A stretch of DNA of 62,954 nt, filler included, from Octopus bimaculoides (lineage: Eukaryota): assembly GCF_001194135.2 (NCBI RefSeq). It is 5 parts of 5 records of this genome, joined end to end, with 100 filler letters (N's around TTAATTAATTAA, not from the genome) between each part and the next. Parts side by side here need not be neighbours in the genome. Positions count along the whole stretch, not along the records: positions 52,288 to 62,954 come from NC_069006.1; 4 more parts are not named here. One strand, 5' to 3'. The first letter of the stretch is position 1. Each line of letters begins with the position of its first letter. Below are positions 53,226-62,954 of this stretch, one piece after another. The translations under genes were made by a program, and so were the position numbers. The notes beneath the pieces were generated by a model. The model searched no databases and had not been told where the DNA came from. It was given only the letters and a program-made list of their open reading frames with translations.

Positions 53226-55592
53226 CTTTTCCACTATTCAGTTGTTAGTTAGTAAAATAACGAAGTGAAATAGAACCAGTGCATGTCTTTAGTATTAGTG
53301 TTGTATTGACCCTCCCAAGATACAAGGAAGTTTTACTTTACCTGATTTCACTTCAAAATCTTCCTCCTCCCATGCTTTTGTCTTTCATTTTTCTTTATCT
53401 TAACCCTGTTCCTTTGCTGTGCACCAAAATAATGCAACTGCACACCTTATAATGCTTAACTTAACTCACTGAATTCCAGTTGCTGAGCTCAACATTTTTC
53501 TCTCCGTCTCTATTTGCTAGAATTACCGTCTTCCTGTCTCTATTGCAATTATCCATGCTATGATTGGTGCTATTGCAGCTTTAAACACTACAAAGGTATC
53601 CATTTGTCTTATTTCTTGTGTATTCTTCAAATGTGTGTTTATATTCACTCGCAGAACACTTGTACCAATTCCCAAGACACAAAACCCATCACAGACTTTT
53701 TGTGTAGATGTATAAAAGTGTTAACTTTTGGATTTGTGGTCTAACGGTAAATTCACGAAGGCATCGATGATGGTTAAAAACTTCCACTGGTCTCATAAAC
53801 TTTGTTGTTCACTTTCATGTCCACTTTGTATATCTGTCTGCATAGAAACACCATATTTACAAAATATCAAACTGTATTTATTGTTAAATCTTAGTTCAGT
53901 TGTCTTTAAAGCAGAAACTTAAGACCAGTTCAAATATGTTTGAGAGATATTTGAACAAGCAAAGGCTTTTCCCTGCAGTTTATCATTGAAGAAAATTTCT
54001 TTACTTAACCTTTAGCACGCTGACGGTGAATTATGTCACTGTATGAGTTTTCTCCCCTCTCAATGCAACACAATGTGCCTGCAGCTACAGGGGAGAACAC
54101 TCGTGTAGCAACATAACTTTTCTTCAATGTGCTAAGACAAAAGTTGTTAAAACACCATACTCAACTAAGAGCTCCTTGTAGTAAACTGATGGATGTATTT
54201 TGAACTTGTTAGTTCTTTTCAGCACCAGATACCAAGACAGACAACTACGAGCTCACTAGAAAGCTTTGCTTCTTTTATCACAAATCAGTAAATGTCACTG
54301 ATTGTGCAATTCTTCACACATCTTCTCATGTATACATTCTGACCTGGCAGCCAATCTGCACTCCCAGCGAATAGTACTTATTGATTTACGATAAAGGAAA
54401 CCAAGCCTTCTAGTCAGCTCAAAGTTGTCTCCTTTGGTGTCTGCAGCTGAAGAGAAGTATTGAGTTTAAAATGCATCCATCAATCCAAGAGGGGGCACTC
54501 TGAGCTGGCCATGGTGTTATGATACCGTTTTAAGTGAGAATATTTTTCTGCAGTGAAAAGCTTTTACTGGTTCAAATCTCTCAAACATTTTTAAAGTGGT
54601 CCTAAGTTTGTGTATTTTTTGTTACTGCTTTGTACATCAACTTGTGTATTATAGAATTTCAAAAAATCTATCAAACTAAATAAGAGATCCATTACTTGCA
54701 AAACGGGTGAGGGTGAGTGACAGGGAAAGCATCTGTTTATAAAACAATGCTTCTATGACATATTTGTCTAACGCATGCTAACATGGAAAAGAAAAACTGA
54801 TGTAACAATAAACTAAAAAAAACAAAAAACCTACGTTTTTTTATGCTAGTAAGGTCTTAAATTATAAGGTTTTTCTTTAAAACAAAACGAAAGAAAAAAA
54901 CGGAAAACATTTCTAAAAACAATTTGTAAAAACAATCGTTTCTTTATAACAAGTAATGAAAGGAAGGCCTTGAAATGAACGAACAGATGTCACTGTCAGA
55001 TACTTGTAAGACAAACTGCAGTAGTGGGGTGGGGTGGGGGTGGGGGCGACGTCTGGTGATGATGATGCTGATGGTGGTAGTTGTGGTGGTGAGAGCGAGG
55101 GCAGGGGTGATGGTAGTAGTAATGGTGGTGTTGTGGTATTGATAATAGGAGTATTAGTGGTGGTGGTGGTGATAGTAACAGTATTATTATTGGTGGTGGT
55201 GGCTGGGGTGGCAATGGTGTTATTTTTCTCTGTGTTTACAAAAAAAAAAACAAGTACAATGTCGACAAGCCTACAACAGGTTGTGTGTGTGTGTGTATGT
55301 GCATGCCTGCATGTATGTGTTTGTGTCTAAGTTTTTCTAATGTAAGGCTGCTATGATATTTCACATCAATGACACCTTTAGCCATATTCAACTAATAAAA
55401 GATTTTGCATAAACATTTAAATATGATCACAATTGTATTATTACACATTCAGAGGTTTTAAATGATGCTGAATGTAAAAAAATAAAATGAATAAAAACTT
55501 ATATAAATCATAGCCATTCATTTCTAATCAATCATTATTTTCTTTAATTAATTAATTAATTGCCATACTTTTTATTATTATTATTTACTAAA

Positions 55593-56815
55593 GCGGTGAG
55601 CTGGCAGAATCGTTGGCACGCTGGGCGAAATGCTTAGTGGTATTTCATCTGCCGCTACGTTCTGAGTTAAAAATCTGCCGAGGTTGACTTTACCTTTCAT
55701 CCTTTCAAGGTCAATGAATTAAGTACCAGTGACGCACTGGGGTCGATGTAATCGACTAGTCCCCTCCCCCCAATTTTAGGCCTTGTGCCTATGTTAGAAA
55801 GGATTATTATTATTATAATTAAAGTGACAGGCTGGCAGAATTGTTAGCACGCTAGGCAAAATGCTTAACTGTATTTTCTTCATCTCTACGTTCTGAGTTC
55901 AAATTCCACCGAGGTTGACTGCCTTTCATCCTTTTTGGGTTGATNNNNNNNNNNNNNNNNNNNNNNNNNNNNNNNNNNNNNNNNNNNNNNNNNNNNNNNN
56001 NNNNNNNNNNNNNNNNNNNNNNNNNNNNNNNNNNNNNNNNNNNNNNNNNNNNNNNNNNNNNNNNNNNNNNNNNNNNNNNNNNNNNNNNNNNNNNNNNNNN
56101 NNNNNNNNNNNNNNNNNNNNNNNNNNNNNNNNNNNNNNNNNNNNNNNNNNNNNNNNNNNNNNNNNNNNNNNNNNNNNNNNNNNNNNNNNNNNNNNNNNNN
56201 NNNNNNNNNNNNNNNNNNNNNNNNNNNNNNNNNNNNNNNNNNNNNNNNNNNNNNNNNNNNNNNNNNNNNNNNNNNNNNNNNNNNNNNNNNNNNNNNNNNN
56301 NNNNNNNNNNNNNNNNNNNNNNNNNNNNNNNNNNNNNNNNNNNNNNNNNNNNNNNNNNNNNNNNNNNNNNNNNNNNNNNNNNNNNNNNNNNNNNNNNNNN
56401 NNNNNNNNNNNNNNNNNNNNNNNNNNNNNNNNNNNNNNNNNNNNNNNNNNNNNNNNNNNNNNNNNNNNNNNNNNNNNNNNNNNNNNNNNNNNNNNNNNNN
56501 NNNNNNNNNNNNNNNNNNNNNNNNNNNNNNNNNNNNNNNNNNNNNNNNNNNNNNNNNNNNNNNNNNNNNNNNNNNNNNNNTATTATTATTATTATCATTA
56601 TTATTAAGGTGGCGAGCTGGCAGAATCATTAGCACGCTGGATGAAATGCTTAACGGCATTTCGTCTGTCCTTACGTTCTGAGTTCAAATTCCGCAGAGGT
56701 TGACTTTGCCTTTCATCCTTTCAGGGTTGATGAAATAAGTGCCAGTTATGTACTGGGGTCGATGTAATCACTCAATCCCCTCTCCCCAAATTTCAGGCCT
56801 TGTGCCTAGAATAGA
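55593..56815 (+). mobile_element. Three co-oriented SINE family B copies
   Basis: Heads at ~55593, ~55824 and ~56608, each directly after an (ATT)n tract. Confidence 0.85.
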
Positions 56816-57546
56816 TTGGATTATTATTATTATTATCATTTTGTTAGAATAATTAATTAAAATCCTGATTTAGAAATTGTAGACAAATAGGCTACAGGCC
56901 AGAAGTAATTCCATCTGATGCTGTCGTCTGCAAAGGCCACAGGTCTACCGTCTTGCATGCCATTGAAGAATATTTTTAGCTGTTGTAATACACACAGGGG
57001 ACAGTGACAAACACCATCTTGATTTCAGTGGAAACAGAAGCACATGTCATGTCACTTATGTGGTTAAGTACAGTGTGGTGGTGGTGGTGGTGGTAGTGGT
57101 GATAGCTGGTGACGTGGGTTAGTTGCTGTGAAGTGTGAAGCGGTGATAGTCGTGGTTGGTGTCTCTTCAAAGTTATTGCAAAGTTGTCACAGATATTGTA
57201 TTCATATGTAATAAACAGTTCTTTGTTGTTGTGGCGGTGGTGATGGTGGTGGTGGGTGTGAAAGCCCTATGTTTGTCTAAATAAATGTTTGTAGGTTTCT
57301 GTATATTTTTATATATATATATGTATTTTTTTAAAATCTCACTTTCTGTTTGGCTGAAAGAGTTGCTAGTTCATCGTCATGGCTTCTTCATGTTATCATG
57401 GCTAGNNNNNNNNNNNNNNNNNNNNNNNNNNNNNNNNNNNNNNNNNNNNNNNNNNNNNNNNNNNNNNNNNNNNNNNNNNNNNNNNNNNNNNNNNNNNNNN
57501 NNNNNNNNNNNNNNNNNNNNNNNNNNNNNNNNNNNNNNNNNNNNNT

Positions 57547-59085
57547 GGCAAGTAGTTTCCTTCTCAACCACATGGTCATGGTTTCAGTTCCACTCCATAG
57601 CACCCTGGGTAAATGTTTTCAACTGTAGCCTCAAGCCAACCAAAGCTTTGTGAGTGGATTTGGTAGATGGAAACTGAAAGAAGCCTGTCGTGTATGTATG
57701 TATGTATGTGAGTGTGTGTTTATTCCTTACCACTGCTTGACAACTGGTGTAGGTTTGTTTATGCCTCTGTAACTTAGCAGTTTGGCAAAAGAAACTGATA
57801 GAATAAGTACGAGACTTTAAAGGGTAAAAATAAGTCCTGGGTTCAATTTGTTCAACTAAAACCCTTCAAGGCTGTGCTCCAGGATGGCCGCTATCCAATG
57901 ACTGAAGCAAGTAACAGATAGAAGATAAGATAAAGATGTTGATATGTTTTTGCATATCATCTTCTTTTATCATTGTTTTATCTCACTTACTGATGCTTGG
58001 ATGAAGTAGTTGCTAGCTTCTATTGTCACGGTTTCTTCATTTGTTGAAGCTAGACAGAAGAAAGAAGAAACAAATCCCAACGAATTAATGAAAAATAGTT
58101 TGTGTATGCAATATGCAAAGCTCTGTCTACAGGTTGGATGGAATTGAAAAAACGGTGTTGTTAAAAATATGGCAGAGGCGTGGCTGTGTGGTAAGAAACT
58201 TGCTTCTGGTAAGAAACTTGCTTTCTGGTAAGAAACTTGCTTTCTGGTAAGAAACTTGCTTCCCAACCACATGGTCCCGGGTTCAGTCCCACTGTGGAAC
58301 CTTGGGCAAGCGTCTTCTGCTGTAGCCTNNNNNNNNNNNNNNNNNNNNNNNNNNNNNNNNNNNNNNNNNNNNNNNNNNNNNNNNNNNNNNNNNNNNNNNN
58401 NNNNNNNNNNNNNNNNNNNNNNNNNNNNNNNNNNNNNNNNNNNNNNNNNNNNNNNNNNNNNNNNNNNNNNNNNNNNNNNNNNNNNNNNNNNNNNNNNNNN
58501 NNNNNNNNNNNNNNNNNNNNNNNNNNNNNNNNNNNNNNNNNNNNNNNNNNNNNNNNNNNNNNNNNNNNNNNNNNNNNNNNNNNNNNNNNNNNNNNNNNNN
58601 NNNNNNNNNNNNNNNNNNNNNNNNNNNNNNNNNNNNNNNNNNNNNNNNNNNNNNNNNNNNNNNNNNNNNNNNNNNNNNNNNNNNNNNNNNNNNNNNNNNN
58701 NNNNNNNNNNNNNNNNNNNNNNNNNNNNNNNNNNNNNNNNNNNNNNNNNNNNNNNNNNNNNNNNNNNNNNNNNNNNNNNNNNNNNNNNNNNNNNNNNNNN
58801 NNNNNNNNNNNNNNNNNNNNNNNNNNNNNNNNNNNNNNNNNNNNNNNNNNNNNNNNNNNNNNNNNNNNNNNNNNNNNNNNNNNNNNNNNNNNNNNNNNNN
58901 NNNNNNNNNNNNNNNNNNNNNNNNNNNNNNNNNNNNNNNNNNNNNNNNNNNNNNNNNNNNNNNNNNNNNNNNNNNNNNNNNNNNNNNACTGTGTGGTAAG
59001 AAGCTTATTTCCCAACCACATGGTTCTGGGATCAGTCTCACTGCGTGGCACCTTGGGCAAGTGTCTTCTACTATAGCCTCAGCCT
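57547..59085 (+). mobile_element. Cluster of SINE family A copies
   Basis: Copies at ~57547-57900, ~58172-58328 (head 19-mer GGTAAGAAACTTGCTTTCT repeated about four times) and ~58988-59085. Confidence 0.75.
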
Positions 59086-59727
59086 GTATATATATATATA
59101 TATGAGATTTCTTTGACTGAAAGTGTCGCTCCAGCTGGCCACAGTCAAATATCAGTAAACAAATCTAGATGTAGTCTTTTCTATAGTCAGAGTAGCAGAG
59201 CCTGATCAGTCAATCAATATAATGTTGTGATGGATGGCTTAACCTAGATTTAGGATTCTCGCATGGCCAAGACACCACAGGTTTTCCCTTCCCAGCTCAA
59301 GCTGGAGCACGGCCTTGAAGTGTTTTAGTTAAATGAATTGACCCCCAGGACTTATTTTTTCCTTTAGAGCGTCATATTTATTTTATCAGATTATTTTGCC
59401 AAACTAAGTTACAGACATAAACAAACCAACACCAGTTGTCAAGCAGTGGTAGGGAATAAGCTCACACGCACACACACACACACACATACACATACATACA
59501 CGACAGGCTTCTTTCAGTTTCCATCTACTGAATCCATTCACAAAGCTTTGGTTAGCCTGAGGCTATAGTTGAAGACATTTGCCCAAGGTGCCATGGAGTG
59601 GAACTGAACCCAGGACCATGTGGTTGGGAAGGAAACTATTTGCCACACAGATGCTTTTTAGGTTTTCTGGTGTGTTTTTTTTTTAATCTCATCATGACAA
59701 CATGAAGCTAGCAACTCTTTCAACTGA

Positions 59728-60050
59728 AGGGATGGTAAAAGGCCTGATGGTAGGCCTCTCATCTGGGATGCCACCTTCTCCAATGGCAACTTGGTGTGTT
59801 TAGCTGCCAGCTCAGGTTCTGCTGCTTGTCAAGCTGAGAAGGGTAAATTGTTAAAGTACTGGCTGTTTGATGTCAAGCCTGTGGCAGTAGAAACCTCCAG
59901 CATCATCGGCCCCTTGATTGCATCCCTGCTCACTACTTTTGGGGTGGAGATGGCTATCCACAAGGGGGAAGCCCTGCAAGTTAGAGTCACTGTTCCAGCA
60001 CACCATCTTTGCCATTCTCCAAGGCAACACTTTTTCCATTTTGTCCGCTG
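59728..60050 (+). mobile_element. CRE-type non-LTR retrotransposon relic: restriction-like endonuclease domain
   Basis: RDGKRPDG-RPLIWDAT...SGSAACQAEKGKLLKY...PVAVET; second frame LFQHTIFAILQGNTFSIL, matching the R..PD..D..E..K..Y..E RLE pattern and the 'QRLSVAIQRGNA' tail. Confidence 0.75.
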
Positions 60051-60924
60051 GAGCCATGAGACAAACTGATAACACTTTTCAGATATTATTTGTTGCTTTC
60101 TGTTGATATGATGTCTCTGTTGTGTAATAAATTTTTATTTTGTAAAGTATATTAAATAATAAAATGGTACAATGAAAGATTTTGATCAATGCCATGCCAT
60201 TCTTTGTTTCATGTGACTTGTTGTTTAGCCAAAGTCAGCTTCTCTCATTAGCTTGCAGTAATTATTGTTGCTTAGGTCCGTAGTGTGTTGTAGTATCATG
60301 GTAGTGTGAGGGTACCATGGTAAGCATTCGGCAGTCCCAAACATTGCTTAGCCATTTTGATGCCAACCCACTTGAGACCACTTCCACAGGTTCTATGATG
60401 CAAACCTTCCTGTTTTAAAGTGATCTAAATTAAAGCTTCCTCTGAAATTTAATATTAATGTTTCAAACAGCCACTTTGGTAATGAGTTATTTTACAAAAT
60501 TCTTCATTATTTTTACAATTAATTGAAACAGAGGAGGCATATTTCAAAAGGAATATTCTAACAAAAAACTCAAAATGATATAAAAAGTATCATTGAAATT
60601 TTGTTTTAATTTTTTTAAAACACTCACTTTAATAATGGAAAAATTATTTTATTATTAGATTCTTTATTTTTTTCAAAACGTAATTGAAACAAAGGCAGTG
60701 TAATTCTACAGAAACATGGTAACAAAAGGGTTAAAATGATGTAAATTAAAACCTTCCATCAAAATTTCATGTTTATGTTCCAAACACCAGCTTAATAACG
60801 GCAAAGTTATTTTACTAAATTCTTCATTAATTTCAAAATTAAGTGACACAAAGACAGTGTAATTCAACAAAAATATAACAAAAGGGTTAAACTGCTTTCA
60901 CCTGTTACCTTAGTAACTATTCTT

Positions 60925-60967
<43 letters not shown>

Positions 60968-61275
60968 GGTACGGTTGCTGTAACTGTTCTTTTCACCTTC
61001 ATCTCTGAAAATACAAGAAATTGTATGTAAATAACACCTTTCAAACTGTGTGTGTTAGTGTGGTACCTAGGTATTTATAGGTGTACACTCAGGTGCACTT
61101 TGGTACCTAGCTGCACTTCAAAGTTTTAAACATATAATTCAAGGTTTCAGAAAATGCATTCTATTTCTTGAGCTTCTTAAAAAAGTGAATTTCAATAATG
61201 GTAAATAAAACAAGGTAAGCAAAATGAAAATAAAGGTGGAGAGCTTCTTTCAGTCAAAAAGAAAGAATTAATTAA

Positions 61276-61313
61276 TCCTTTATATTTCGGGTGACCCACT
61301 CATCTTCAGAGGA
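61276..61313 (-). ncRNA. Decayed minimal hammerhead motif
   Basis: TCCT-CTGAAGA-T-GAGTG GGT CACCC-GAAA-TA-TA-A-AGGA; GAAATATA is consistent with double CpG decay of GAAACGTA. Confidence 0.45.
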
Positions 61314-62163
61314 AAACAAAGAAATATTGTTGAACAGAAACTGGCCATGTATTGTTTTCTATATATTTTGCTAAATTTCAAACTTTAAAGCATAGTTTTC
61401 CATTCCATGCAAAATATACCAATAATATAGGATCTTTTCAGTCTAAAGTGTATCAGCAATTTATATTTATTTCATCTCCAGTGTGTCAAGAAGTCAAAAA
61501 GATTTAGAGCCAGTGGTGTAAATACTTAATATATTCAGATAATTTACATAAAATTTGTTTGTCATTGTCACAATATTGGTCATTTGAATACATATATATG
61601 TGTGTATCTAAGTGTATATTAGTGTGCATGTGTGCAAGTATGTGTTTATACACACACACACATGTATATGTATAATGTGTGCAAGTGTTATTGTATAACA
61701 TCTGGGAACTTTCAGAATCCAATGTAAAAATTGTTGACTGTGTATCTTATATCAGATTTGAAACCTAATAAGATATTCAATATAAAAATATGAAATAAAA
61801 GTGATAAGCCTACCAACAGTACAACATAATATAATTGACTGCTGTTACCAGAGGAGCACAGCTAGCCAGGATTTCTTCCATTCTAAATCAAATTTGTTTA
61901 CCTGTGCAAATCCTAAATGTTTGAAGGACAGATTTACACAAAAGCTGCAGACATAAAAACAAAGCTAGATATTTCAATTAGTAGCCTCAAAAAAAAAAAA
62001 AGTGGAGGGGGGAAATAAATTTCCTTTCACTTTCTTATTCTCTTCTCCTATGTTATTTTTCATTGGTTCTTACTTTCTCGCTTCTTCTTTCATTCTCTCT
62101 TGCATGTCCTATTTTCATTTTCTTTTTCTCACTTTTTTACACTTTTTCCCTACCATCTCTTAT

Positions 62164-62207
<44 letters not shown>

Positions 62208-62735
62208 TGCTCTCTCTCTATACTGTCTCTCTGTCTGTACCCTCTTTGTTCTCTGCTCTCTCTGTCTTTCTCCATTTTTTTCCTTGCTCTCTCTCTCTCT
62301 TTCTCTCTCTCTCTCTATATATATATATCAGACAATACTCCATTATATAATTAACAAATTGTTCCCAAATGTGAATGAATGTTTATTAAATTTTAGATGT
62401 GCTTCAACTGGTGGACATTGTGCTCTGCTTGTTATTTTTATTTTTTGTCAATCAACAACTAATTCAATTTTATACTAATTCTTTTGGTATTGCAGGTTTC
62501 TGTATTTCTAATACACACACACCCATTCGCTCACACACACACAATGTACATTCACCCACACATACACACACACACTCTCTCTCTCTCTTTCTCTCTCTCA
62601 CAAAATTTAGTTAATACTAATAACAACTTCACAATCAGAGTTCTACTGTAAGGTCTGTAAACATGGCCAAAGGAACAGGGTAGAATCTAACCAAGATGAC
62701 TTGTAAACCAATTCCACTCTCTTCTCTTTTTGTAG

Positions 62736-62815
62736 TGATCTTGGAGAAACCAATTAGAATTCCTCGCTCCGTTTCTGTCAAAGCTGCATCAGTTTTGAAG
62801 GGATTCCTAAACAAA
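62736..62815 (+). CDS. PRKCI: Internal exon of atypical protein kinase C (iota/zeta type), kinase C-lobe
   Basis: Polypyrimidine tract + TGTAG acceptor and GTAAGT donor; 80 nt, phase 1 to 0; encodes [27 protein letters not shown] versus recalled human [32 protein letters not shown]. Confidence 0.95.
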
Positions 62816-62954
62816 GTAAGTCTCATGTTTTTTTTTTATTCCTTTAACAATTTTATAGTTTTGGGGGAAATAAGTTTTGAAACTGTTTTTGCTTTCAGAT
62901 CATTTAGTTAATCACCTTCATTTTGTTGGTTTAGTGTTGGCATATACCTATATA

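Noticed and set aside
54484-54500. CCAAGAGGGGGCAC, a CTCF-like motif
   Set aside because: Two mismatches in the core and only a single short match; expected by chance.
61843-61866. TTACCAGAGGAGCAC, translating as LPEEH like aPKC RKLPEEHAR
   Set aside because: An in-frame stop follows, there are no splice sites, and the flanks do not match; judged coincidental.
991-62614. Most ORFs in the track (YI, HT, CV, SL, poly-M/L/S and X-rich)
   Set aside because: They are translations of microsatellites or N gaps.

Overview
AT-rich, microsatellite-dense eukaryotic genomic DNA with many assembly gaps. The SINE families and (TA)n/(CA)n load look like an octopod cephalopod genome; that is an inference from pattern, not a database hit. 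Only one host-gene exon is recognisable: an 80-nt kinase-domain exon of atypical protein kinase C (aPKC iota/zeta) at 62736-62815 (+). The rest is intronic or intergenic. It contains three tRNA-type SINE families, RTE-like 3' tails, Tc1/mariner relics (one full-length, decayed), TTAA-targeting MITEs, three decayed Penelope-like elements (PLEs), a CRE-type endonuclease relic and a U2 snRNA fragment. The most striking unannotated signal is about ten minimal type I hammerhead ribozyme (HHR) motifs with palindromic, dimer-type stem III. Some form head-to-head inverted pairs, and the copies with intact cores lie mostly on the minus strand. Four 100-bp N-TTAATTAATTAA-N spacers are assembly joins, so contiguity across them is unproven. 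Almost all ORFs in the track are microsatellite or gap artefacts. Repeat boundaries are approximate unless stated.
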